Under the pieces are notes generated by a model. That model made no database searches and had not been told where the DNA came from. It saw only the letters and a program-made list of their open reading frames with translations. A DNA stretch of 64,000 bases from Rhodocyclaceae bacterium (GTDB lineage Bacteria > Pseudomonadota > Gammaproteobacteria > Burkholderiales > Ga0077523), in assembly GCA_020248405.1 (NCBI GenBank), contig JADCHQ010000033.1, positions 2,791 to 66,790 on the forward strand, given 5' to 3'. Both the position numbers and the translations under genes were made by a program. Positions 1 through 8,323 of the stretch are shown in pieces; position 1 is the first letter of the stretch, and each line of letters starts with the position of its first letter.

Positions 1-3000
1 CATTGTTGATGGCCTCACCTAGAAAGGTCACCGGCTTAGAAGTGTTAATCGAACCGTCCGCATTCTTTTCAAACTTGCACCGCTCGTTCCCTCTTCCGCA
101 CAGCAAATCCAGGTCCACCCGCGTTCCGGCAATCTTGCGGCCGTCGCCGTTGACCCCCGCGCTCTCGCCGCTCAGATTGCTGAACAGGGGGTTGCCGACT
201 TTGTCCACCACCCCCGGGAACTTCAGTGAATCCTCGACCATGAGATCGCGCATCTTCTCGGCGGCGGTGGAGAGGGCTTCCTTGGTGATCATGCTGCCGG
301 CGTTGCCGGTGAGGGCGCTGGCGAGGATGTTCAAGGCGCGCTCCTGCATGTTCACATCCTTGATGGCTTTCTCGGTCTGGGCCTGTTCTTCGGGCGTGCT
401 GGCGTTGCGGACCAATTGTCGCAGGGCCGCGCGCTGGCTGGCGGCGAACTGGGTGATGGCTTGACTGGCCTCCAACCCGAAGCGCTGGGTGATCACCACC
501 TGCGCATCGAGTTCCTTCTGCACCCGCTCGGCATCGAAGACGGGCGCGAGGCCAGTGGCGGCATCGCCGGTGCGCGCGCCGCGATTGCCGGCGATCCCGC
601 TGATGGCGGCCTGGGTGAGGCTCGCGGCCCCGCCGTCCTGCCGGGCCAGCCCTGAACTGGAGCCAGCGGTTGCCAGGTTCACCGCCACGCTCTCCCCGTA
701 AAACCCCGCCCGGTTCGCCACGTCCTGCACGCTGAGCGCGCCGGAGTCGAAGCGGTTGCGCTGCCCGGCCACCGCCGGCTCGCTGCTGGTGATGGCCCCG
801 CCGCGCAGGGTGGTGGTGCCGGCGACCTGCACGCTGAAGCCGCCATCGCCGGCGGCGAGGCCGCTTTGTTCGTTGACGCTGGCGAAGTCGCTGTTGATGC
901 GCCCGCGGGCGAGGTTCAGGCTCCCCCCGGGGGTGGGGCCGAGGGTGAGGCTGCCACCGGTGGCGCTCTGGCGGCTCTGGTAGGTGCTGGTGTCTTGCAG
1001 GCTCTCGATCAGCAGGTTGCCCGCCACGGTGGCCTCGACGCGATTGGCCCCGAGCAGGGCGCCGCGCACGGTGGTGTCGCCGCCGCTGTCCAGGCGCAGG
1101 GTGAGGCCCTCCAGGCGGGTGGCGCTCCAGGAGAGATCGTCGCCCGCGGCGCTGCCGCGGCTGGTGGAGCCGGCGAGGGTGAGGCCGGGACCGGCGCCGC
1201 CACCCAGGGCGATGCCCACGCCCACGGCGGCGCTGGAGCCGCGGCTGGTGCTGCTGAGGCTGGCCTGGTTGGCGGCGCCCAGCAGCGCGATGCTGTCCTC
1301 GGCCGAGAGGCGCAGCGCCTCGCCGGCGCGCAGCGTGGAGCCGCGTACGGTGATGTCTCCGCTCGCCCCCGTGGCGCGAATATCAATATCACCCCCCGCC
1401 GCCACGGTGGACCCGGCGGCGCGGTCGCTGGTCTGCAGGCTCGCGCTGCTGCTCTGGCTGCCGCCGAGGCTGATGCTCAGGTTAATCCCCCCGGCCTGGC
1501 CGGGGTTGGCGCGGAAGGCCTGCGCGCCGTCGCGGGCCGCCAGGGCGGTGCTGGCCGCCGCCAGGGCCTTCATGCGCCCGTCGCGGGTGTCGGCCGCTGC
1601 CGCGCCCATCTGCTGGGCGGTCTGCACGGCGTTCACCACCGGGTTGGTGAGCGCCAGGGTGAGGCCGCTCTGGCGGGAGCGCGTCTCGGTCTGCTGGCGG
1701 CTGGTCTCGCGGGCTTCGAGGATGTCCACGCGCTGGGCCTCGATGGCGATGTCGCCGCCGGGGGCGAGCAGGTGGCTGCCCACCTGGGTGTAGGCCCCGC
1801 CGGCGCGGATGGTCACGTTACCGGCGAGGCTGCCCACGGTGGCGGGGGCGGCGGTGGTGAAGCTCGCCTGCTGGTCCAGGCTGAACTGCTGGCGGCCCAG
1901 GGTGAGGGAGAGGCCGCCGCCGCTGAACAGCCCGCTGCGGCTGGTGGCGCTGAAGCTCGACTCGGTGCGCGTGTTCTGCCCCGCGCGGAGGGTGATGTCG
2001 CCCGCGGCGCCGAGGCTCACCTCGCGATCGGCGAGGACGTTGGAGGCGGTGATCTCCAGGCCCTGGCCGGCGCCGATGGCAATGCGCGCCCCGCCCAGCT
2101 CGCTGGCCACGGCGGTGGTGAGCGAGGTGCTGCTGCGCTGGGTGGTGGAACTGGAACCCAGGCCCAGGAAGCCGCCGCGGGAGCGGCTGTAGCTGGCGGT
2201 CTGCATGTCGAAGCTGCTCTGGCCGGCCTGGATGGCGATGCTGCCCTGGGTGGCGCTCAGGTCGAGGGCGTCCGCCGCCTGGAGCCGCGCGGCGCGCAGC
2301 TCCATGTCCCCGCGCGAGAGCAGGGTGAGCGAACCGGCGGCGCTGATGTCGCTGCCGGCGTCCTGGCTAGTGTTCGCTCGCGCGTAGTTGCGGCTGTCGC
2401 GGGTGACATCGAGGCTGCTGGTGAGGCGCACGGTGTCCAGGGTGAGGCTGCCATCGGATTGCAGCTGGCTGATGCCCGTGCCGGCATTGCGGATCTGCGC
2501 CGCGGTGAGGGTGAGGGCGCCACCGGCGGAGGCCAGCAGCGAGCCTGCCGGGCCGCTCACGTACAGGCCGGCCACGCGATCGAGCTGCCGGGAGGCGAAT
2601 ACACCGTTGCCCGCCGCCCCGGCGCCCTGGGCGGTGGTGCTGGTGATGGACAGCGCCCCGTCGGCGCGCACCGCCAGGCCGGTGACGGCGGCCACGCGGC
2701 CGCCATCGATGGAGAGGTCTTGCCGCGCATTGAGCAGCACCGCATCGCCTTGCACCAGGCCGCTGTTGCGGATGTCGCCCGCGCCGATGTTGAGCAGGCG
2801 CCGACCGGCGATGGTGCCGCTGTTGTTCAGGGTGCCCTGCAGGGCGAGGCTGATGTCGCTGGCGCTGATCAGGGCGCCGGTGGCCTGCGCGCCGCCGAAC
2901 AGTGCGCCGCTGGCATCCAGATCGCCCGGCCGGGGGGCGAGATACACCTGGGGGACGAGGGCGGTGGTGGTGGTGCCGTCGGGCAGTTGCACCGTGCGGC

Positions 3001-6000
3001 TTACCAGCCACACCACGTCGCTGGTGAGTTGCGCCACTTGCTGGGCGGACAGGGCGATGCCGGGGCGCAACTGCTGGGCCTTGGCGAGGGTGGCGCCCGC
3101 ATTCATGAGGGCGCGGTACTGCTGCTCGTCGCTGCGATAGTCGCCCAGGAACCGGTAGCCGGTGAGCGCGGCCACCTGGTCGCGGATGAGGCGTTGCTCG
3201 TAGAAGCCATCGCCGAGGCGCTTTTCGGTCAAGGCCGGGTCGGCTCCCAGCGCCGAGAGCATGTAGTCGCTGGACAGCCACTGGCGGTAGCTGGCGAAGC
3301 GGGGATCGGTTTCCACCACATAGCGGGCGTTGCTGCCGGGGTCGATCCTGAACAGGCTGCTGTTGGGCAGGACAAGCGCCGGGGCAGGTTGGGGGGAGAG
3401 GGTGGGAGTGCTCAAGGCGCCGGAGCCGGAGTCGGCCTGGCCAGGACCTTGGACGGAGGCGTCAAGGCTCTGGCTGTCGAGGGCCAGCGTTGGGGTCAGG
3501 GAATTACCGCTACTGGCACCGGGCAGGGCACCGGTGGCCGGCAGCGCCGCGATCATCAACCCGCTGCCGGAAGGCGCGGCGTTCTGCTCGAACCGCAAGA
3601 CCGGCAGGGGGACTTCGCGGGCGATAGTTTCCTGGTAGGGGCTTGAAATCCAGCCATAAACGGCATCGCATTTCCATCTCCACCTGTGCCAACCGCACTC
3701 TTCGCCAACCTGGCCCCACTGATTGACGGTACCGCTTCGAAGTGTAGGAGCTTCAACTGTTGTCGACTGGTTGCTCAGCGCGTCCGCTTGAGCGGAGATG
3801 GCGCCCCCCACAACAATCTGGCTGTCTTGATTGAGGCCTGATCCGGTGAGCGTGAGTTGCAGATTACCGCCGACACTGATGACGCCAGGGCGGCTTAGGG
3901 TGACTTGAACGGCTTGCACCGTCTCGGTGTATTGGCGATAAAGCTCGGAACTCAACCAATGCGTCACCTGGGTCTGTGTTTGCGGCACCAGTGTCCAGCT
4001 AAGGTGCTCGTTCGTGTTCTGCAGCCTACCGGTAGCCAGAGCCATATTGCCCAGGCTTTCGAGAGTGGCACTGTGGTTGTTCAGGCTCTGTGAATTGGCG
4101 CTGCCGCCGATGATCGCCCGGTTGCTGGAATCCAGCGCCCCGCTCAGGGCCATGTCCCCGGCGCTGAACATGAGCGCGCCTTCGCGGTTGAGGATGCTCT
4201 GTGCGCCCACGTCAAGCCGCTCGCGTGCAGCGATGGTGGCCGCACTGGTTTGGCCGCTTATGGTTTCCTCCCGGTTGGTGAGGCTATGCGCGGCGATGGC
4301 GATGAAGTTGCCGAAGATGCGGCCGGTGCCAAGGTTATCCAGGGTCTGGCTGTTGATGCGGGCATGGATGCCGTCCACAAGGCCGCGGTTGGTGATGGTG
4401 CCGCTGCTGTTCTGCGTGGTGTCCAGCAAGGTGACGCCACGACTGAGCAGCTCGCCGCTGGTTCGGTTGTCAATGTGGTTTGCGCGCACCATGAGATCCT
4501 GCCCGGCCTGCCACTGCCCGGCGTTCTGGAATGTGCCCCCGTGGAGTTGGAGGCTCAGGTCGCCCCCGGCGCGAATCTGCTGGCCACTGGCGCTGATCAT
4601 GTCACCCACCAGGTCGAGTGCCATGGCGCCACCGCTTTGCGCGGTGCCGTCCGCGCCCAGGCTCCTGGCAGTGATGCTCAGGATGCTGTTGGCGGGACTC
4701 GTGTCGTTGTTGGCCACGATGACGCCGCTGCTGTTGCCGATGGCAAGGGCGCGCTGGTTTGGCGTGGAGGCAGTGTCCTGAAGGGTGAGGGTGCGCTTGG
4801 CGCTGAGGGTGCCGCGCGTGTTGGTGATGGCAGTGGAGGCAATGATGGCGAGGTCGCGTTCCGCGAGCGCTTGCCCGTCGGTGTTGTTCACGGCGCCGGC
4901 GCGCAGGGACAGATCCATACCGACAATCCCCTGGCTGCTGGTGCTGGTCTGGCTGTTGTCGATGGTGGCGCCGTTCAGGCTGACCCCGACGTTGGATTGA
5001 ATCAGCCCACTGACATTGCCAATGCCGGCGCTGGTGGCGAGGTTCATGTCCCCTTGGGCCAGGATTCGTCCACGGGTGTTGGTGAGATCAGCATCGCGAG
5101 CGTCGACGGACAGGCTGGCAGCCGCCGCCAACAATCCGTCGGTGTTGTTCACCCCATTGGTTGTGATGCTCAAACTGCCAGCCTTCGATGCTGCAGTGCC
5201 TGCGGCGTTGTCCAGGGCCCCGGCAGCCGTGAGGCTGATATCGCCCCGGGTTACCACGCGGGCCGCACGGATGCTTAGGGTGCCCGTTGCAGCGATGGCG
5301 GCACTGTGGGCGCTGGTTTCGCTGCCGTTGAGGTTGATGCCAACCCCGCCCAGGATAATGTCGCCGGTGGCGAGGTTTGTGCCCGCGGCGCGCAGATCGC
5401 CAGTGGTGGTGATCTGTAGCGCGGGACCACCGGGATCAAAGACCTTTAGGCTGCCATCGGCATTGAGCCCGGCGGCCAGGGTGCCAGAGCTCTCGAGGCT
5501 GCCGGCATGCACGCTGAGATTACCTGCGGCGGCCACGGAGCCGGTGCTCGTGAGCGACTGGGCAAGGGTGAAGTTGGCATCGGTGCCGGCGTAGACGGCA
5601 CCGGCCAGGTTGGTGTGGTTGCCAGCCGTGACACTGATGCTGCCCACAGTGATGAGTTCGGCGTGGCCGGTGCTGAAGGCGCCCGTGGTGGTGATGCTGG
5701 CGCTGTAGGCAACGGTTTCGCTGCCGGTGAGGTTGATGCTCGCGCCGCTCAGGGTCACGGCGCCAGCGGCGAGGTTGCGGCCGGTGGCCTTGAGGGCACT
5801 GGTGGCGGTTATCGTCAGCGCCGCCCCGTTCGCGGCGAAGGCCTTCAGGCTGCCATCGGCATTGAGCCCCGCAGCCAGGGTGCCGGTGCTGTCGAGGCCG
5901 CTGGCCTCGATGGTGAGATTGCCCGCGGCGGCGATACGTCCGCTATTGATCAGCGTGTCGCTTGCGCCAATGCCCGCGTTGCCGGCCGACTGAAGCTCTC

Positions 6001-7762
6001 CCGCGTTTACGAAGCGCTGCACATTCACCGCAAGAGCATCCTGCGTGTAGACCTGCGCTCCCTGGGATTGAAGGTATTCGGTGCCGCCAAAGCTGGCGGT
6101 GTTAGCCAGCAGGGCGCCGCCGGTCAGGGTCACAGTGCTGGTGAGTACCGAAAGATCCTGGGTTAGCAGCGTGCCGCTGCTGGTTTCAAAACGCTGGCCG
6201 CTGACTTGCACGGTTTGGGCGCGCATGTTGCCCGCATTGGTCAGGGATTCAGTGGCGCTCAGATGAAGCGCGCCGGCAGCGGCGATGGTGGCGGCGGCCT
6301 GATTGAGCAAGGAGCCGCTAATGCTGACGAGACCGTCAGCCAGGGTAGCGGGCGCGGGGGTTGAATCCGAAGAAGGTGCGGGCGGGACAGGAGCCGGAGC
6401 TGGGGAGGGCGAGGTCTGCACGGCACCCATGGCGGCGCCGGAGGCATTGGTAAGGGCGGCGGCACTTACACGCAAGGCCTGACCGCCGCTTTGCCAGATA
6501 TCGCCGCTGTTGGACAGGCTCGCCACCCTCACGTCCAGGCGCTGGGCGTTGATCCGGCCGCTGTTGGACAGATCGCTGGCACGAAGATTGGCCTCAAGTC
6601 CCGCGCGAACGCTACCGCTAATGTCGATTACGGAGCGGTGGGCTTCCGCGCCGGCATGGAGAAAGACATTGCCCGCTGCCGTGATGCTGCCGCTATGGGT
6701 CTGCGCCTGCGCGGTTTGCACCCGGACATTCCCCTGACGAGCCTCGATCTGGCCAGTGGACGAAAGCCATCCGTTGGCGTCGATATGCACGTCGCCCACA
6801 CTGGCGCTTAGGGTGCCGTGATGGCGCACGCCCAGACCAGCTTCGGTGCCGATCAGGGCAATCTTGCCGGCGTACATGCCGCCGAGCTGGCTTACGTCAA
6901 GCGCAAGAACCGGTGTGCTGCCACTGGCGGTGCCGGTGGCCTGGGCCCGCACGGTGGTTTGGTCGGCGCTGACGGTGTTCGTGCCAGATACCACCTGGAG
7001 GTGCTGCGCATGAATGGCAGCGTTCACCTCGATGGCCCTTGCCAGGATGCCGGTGTAATCGGTGAGCCGGGCATCCAGGCCGGCGCCATCGATGCGGATG
7101 GTGCCCCGCTCCACCCGATAAGTCTCCAGACTGCTGCCGCTGAAGACTGGTGTGCCGGTGGTGAGCGTGGCGCGGCTCGCGTTGATGAAACCCGCGCCGT
7201 CCACGTTGATGCCGGCGGGGTTGGCAACGATGACTTCGGCGCGCTGGCCCGCCACCTCGATGAAGCCCCTGATGTAGCTGGGGTTGCTGCTGTTGACTTC
7301 ATTGACGATGACGCGGGCTTCTCCGCGCGCGAGCCACGGATTGCCCTGCACCCAGCCGCCAAGCGCGGTTTGCACGTTGATGCGGCTGTTGTTGAGCACC
7401 GCACCGGGTGTACCCACGTCGAACTGCTGGTAGGTATTGCGGCTCACGCCCGCGGCGCTCGGGGTCTGGATGTTCACCAGCGGCACGTCGTTGGGCGTGC
7501 TGAGCACCGTGGGGCGCTCGCCGCTGGGGGCCCCAGGGTCGGCCACGATCTGGGCCTGAACCAGCGCGCTGGCAAGCAACCCCATGCCGGTGGCGAGCCG
7601 TGTGGCCGTGCGCAGGAGCGACCGGGGTGTCCCAGAAAGGCGGCTAGCGCCCTTGGCGGCCGGTACTCCATCGCCCTTGCCGCAGCGCCCCGCGTTCTCG
7701 GCCGTCACCATGATGCAGCCGCGGGCGGCATTGAAGACAAGTCGATAGATTCCCTTGTTCAT
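1..7762 (-). CDS. cdiA: TpsA exoprotein of the CdiA / filamentous-haemagglutinin family; 5' part only (about 2587 codons), C-terminal tip lies beyond the left window edge
   Basis: Absent from the ORF track because there is no stop in the window. Manual minus-strand translation from ATG 7762 (GGAGA a few nt upstream) gives MNKGIYRLVFNAARGCIMVTAEN..., an ESPR-type signal. TPS-domain motifs follow: NIQTPSAAGVSRNTYQQFDV and EVIVANPAGINVDGAGFINASRATLTTG. Then come kilobases of G/A/S/T/N/L-rich FHA-type repeats and the conserved block SSLFRIDPGSNARYVVETDPRFASYRQWLSSDYML..KRLGDGFYEQRLIRDQV (nt ~3100-3350). A pretoxin-like VQKELDAQVVITQRFG.. segment lies near nt 300-600. I spot-checked the frame as stop-free at 2-121, 3241-3340, 3602-3781, 7201-7230 and 7553-7762. 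It is still open at nt 2. Confidence 0.85.
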   Translation of the reverse strand, partial: MNKGIYRLVFNAARGCIMVTAENAGRCGKGDGVPAAKGASRLSGTPRSLLRTATRLATGMGLLASALVQAQIVADPGAPSGERPTVLSTPNDVPLVNIQTPSAAGVSRNTYQQFDVGTPGAVLNNSRINVQTALGGWVQGNPWLARGEARVIVNEVNSSNPSYIRGFIEVAGQRAEVIVANPAGINVDGAGFINASRATLTTGTPVFSGSSLETYRVERGTIRIDGAGLDARLTDYTGILARAIEVNAAIHAQHLQVVSGTNTVSADQTTVRAQATGTASGSTPVLALDVSQLGGMYAGKIALIGTEAGLGVRHHGTLSASVGDVHIDANGWLSSTGQIEARQGNVRVQTAQAQTHSGSITAAGNVFLHAGAEAHRSVIDISGSVRAGLEANLRASDLSNSGRINAQRLDVRVASLSNSGDIWQSGGQALRVSAAALTNASGAAMGAVQTSPSPAPAPVPPAPSSDSTPAPATLADGLVSISGSLLNQAAATIAAAGALHLSATESLTNAGNMRAQTVQVSGQRFETSSGTLLTQDLSVLTSTVTLTGGALLANTASFGGTEYLQSQGAQVYTQDALAVNVQRFVNAGELQSAGNAGIGASDTLINSGRIAAAGNLTIEASGLDSTGTLAAGLNADGSLKAFAANGAALTITATSALKATGRNLAAGAVTLSGASINLTGSETVAYSASITTTGAFSTGHAELITVGSISVTAGNHTNLAGAVYAGTDANFTLAQSLTSTGSVAAAGNLSVHAGSLESSGTLAAGLNADGSLKVFDPGGPALQITTTGDLRAAGTNLATGDIILGGVGINLNGSETSAHSAAIAATGTLSIRAARVVTRGDISLTAAGALDNAAGTAASKAGSLSITTNGVNNTDGLLAAAASLSVDARDADLTNTRGRILAQGDMNLATSAGIGNVSGLIQSNVGVSLNGATIDNSQTSTSSQGIVGMDLSLRAGAVNNTDGQALAERDLAIIASTAITNTRGTLSAKRTLTLQDTASTPNQRALAIGNSSGVIVANNDTSPANSILSITARSLGADGTAQSGGAMALDLVGDMISASGQQIRAGGDLSLQLHGGTFQNAGQWQAGQDLMVRANHIDNRTSGELLSRGVTLLDTTQNSSGTITNRGLVDGIHARINSQTLDNLGTGRIFGNFIAIAAHSLTNREETISGQTSAATIAARERLDVGAQSILNREGALMFSAGDMALSGALDSSNRAIIGGSANSQSLNNHSATLESLGNMALATGRLQNTNEHLSWTLVPQTQTQVTHWLSSELYRQYTETVQAVQVTLSRPGVISVGGNLQLTLTGSGLNQDSQIVVGGAISAQADALSNQSTTVEAPTLRSGTVNQWGQVGEECGWHRWRWKCDAVYGWISSPYQETIAREVPLPVLRFEQNAAPSGSGLMIAALPATGALPGASSGNSLTPTLALDSQSLDASVQGPGQADSGSGALSTPTLSPQPAPALVLPNSSLFRIDPGSNARYVVETDPRFASYRQWLSSDYMLSALGADPALTEKRLGDGFYEQRLIRDQVAALTGYRFLGDYRSDEQQYRALMNAGATLAKAQQLRPGIALSAQQVAQLTSDVVWLVSRTVQLPDGTTTTALVPQVYLAPRPGDLDASGALFGGAQATGALISASDISLALQGTLNNSGTIAGRRLLNIGAGDIRNSGLVQGDAVLLNARQDLSIDGGRVAAVTGLAVRADGALSITSTTAQGAGAAGNGVFASRQLDRVAGLYVSGPAGSLLASAGGALTLTAAQIRNAGTGISQLQSDGSLTLDTVRLTSSLDVTRDSRNYARANTSQDAGSDISAAGSLTLLSRGDMELRAARLQAADALDLSATQGSIAIQAGQSSFDMQTASYSRSRGGFLGLGSSSTTQRSSTSLTTAVASELGGARIAIGAGQGLEITASNVLADREVSLGAAGDITLRAGQNTRTESSFSATSRSGLFSGGGLSLTLGRQQFSLDQQASFTTAAPATVGSLAGNVTIRAGGAYTQVGSHLLAPGGDIAIEAQRVDILEARETSRQQTETRSRQSGLTLALTNPVVNAVQTAQQMGAAAADTRDGRMKALAAASTALAARDGAQAFRANPGQAGGINLSISLGGSQSSSASLQTSDRAAGSTVAAGGDIDIRATGASGDITVRGSTLRAGEALRLSAEDSIALLGAANQASLSSTSRGSSAAVGVGIALGGGAGPGLTLAGSTSRGSAAGDDLSWSATRLEGLTLRLDSGGDTTVRGALLGANRVEATVAGNLLIESLQDTSTYQSRQSATGGSLTLGPTPGGSLNLARGRINSDFASVNEQSGLAAGDGGFSVQVAGTTTLRGGAITSSEPAVAGQRNRFDSGALSVQDVANRAGFYGESVAVNLATAGSSSGLARQDGGAASLTQAAISGIAGNRGARTGDAATGLAPVFDAERVQKELDAQVVITQRFGLEASQAITQFAASQRAALRQLVRNASTPEEQAQTEKAIKDVNMQERALNILASALTGNAGSMITKEALSTAAEKMRDLMVEDSLKFPGVVDKVGNPLFSNLSGESAGVNGDGRKIAGTRVDLDLLCGRGNERCKFEKNADGSINTSKPVTFLGEAINN
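5315..5960 (-). repeat. In-frame tandem duplication inside the cdiA FHA-repeat region, period 399 nt (133 codons)
   Basis: GGTTTCGCTGCC occurs at 5315 and again at 5714. The exact 23-mer AGGCTGCCATCGGCATTGAGCCC occurs at 5448 and 5847. The ~250 nt around each copy align by eye with most positions identical. The encoded peptides are ..TLAAGLNADGSLKVF.. and ..TLAAGLNADGSLKAF.. Confidence 0.8.
7130..7510 (-). other. TPS (haemagglutination-activity type) secretion domain of the CdiA-like protein; approximate bounds
   Basis: Motifs present: VLSTPNDVPLVNIQTPSAAGVSRNTYQQFDVGTPGAVLNNS, GNPWLARGEARVIVNEVNSSNPSYIRGFIEVAGQRAEVIVANPAGINVDGAGFINASRATLTTG. The NPxGI motif sits at nt 7208-7222. Confidence 0.75.
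7553..7762 (-). other. Extended signal peptide (ESPR plus n/h/c regions) of the CdiA-like protein
   Basis: The sequence reads MNKGIYRLVFNAARGCIMVTAEN...RTATRLATGMGLLASALVQA / QIVADP. The MNKxxYRxxxN start is the extended signal peptide region seen on TpsA and autotransporter precursors. The cleavage position is my estimate. Confidence 0.7.
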
Positions 7763-7777
7763 GTTTCGGTGTCTCCG

Positions 7778-8302
7778 TCAGGCCATTATCGGGCGTTGCC
7801 GCCTGAATTCCATGGCGTTTGCGCGCGAGCAGCCGGTCCTGCGCCAAATCATCAGCTTCTGCCCGGACCAGCGGCTGCGGGGGCTCAGGCTTCTTGCGCT
7901 TCGTTCCGAAAACAGGTCTTGAATCGTGCGGCGCAGCGTCGCCTCGAAGCCGTTGGGCGCGATGGGGTGAATCAGCCACAGGTGGTCGCCGAAATGCTAC
8001 GCCTTAGGCGGCAACGGCATGGAAGGGTCGCGGACATACTGCCTCTCGAATACGGCGCTCAGGTTCGCATAGGAGAGCCACAATCGCAGCTTCCCCGTTC
8101 CTTGCCCATCCTCGCTGGATACCAACACCTCGCAGCCCGCCGCCTGAGGCTGCAGAACGAGCTGATTGAGTTGCCGCAGTGCAAAGTTCTTCACCTTCGG
8201 TGCCTGCATGGCCAGCCAGACAACGGCACCGAACGCCGCCGTGGCCTCCATCGTGCTGCGGCCCGTGGCTGGGGCGTGGATGAGATAGCCCATGCCTGTC
8301 AT
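7778..8302 (-). pseudogene. cdiC: HlyC/CyaC-family toxin-activating lysine acyltransferase (CdiC-like), interrupted by an in-frame TAG at 7997-7999
   Basis: Track ORF 7997..8302 (101 aa) stops at TAG. The same frame continues HFGDHLWLIHPIAPNGFEATLRRTIQDLF... to TGA 7778-7780. The joined 174-codon product aligns by eye along its whole length with E. coli HlyC. Matching blocks are FGAVVWL..AP..N versus GHVSWLW.SP..N, LSYANLS versus CSWANLS, and GDHLWLIHPIAPNG versus GDRKWFIDWIAPFG. The TAG falls where HlyC has Trp (..AEDWTSGD..). Confidence 0.75.
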
Positions 8303-8323
8303 CTGGAATCTTCCGGTAGTCCG

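Noticed and set aside
866-3646. 926-aa plus-strand ORF (with neighbours 984..1793, 2388..3140 and 4250..5278) rich in A/G/R/E
   Set aside because: The sequence is low-complexity with no recognisable motifs. It lies antisense to the motif-rich CdiA frame, so it is a typical high-GC shadow ORF.
7644-7979. 111-aa minus-strand ORF overlapping the cdiC 3' half and the cdiA start
   Set aside because: It is in a different frame from both. The cdiC frame carries the acyltransferase homology and the cdiA frame carries the ESPR/TPS motifs. This ORF has no features of its own.
7997-7999. The TAG in cdiC read as programmed readthrough or pyrrolysine decoding
   Set aside because: I see no pyl genes and no recoding context in the window. 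A TGG-to-TAG point mutation at a conserved Trp is the simpler explanation.
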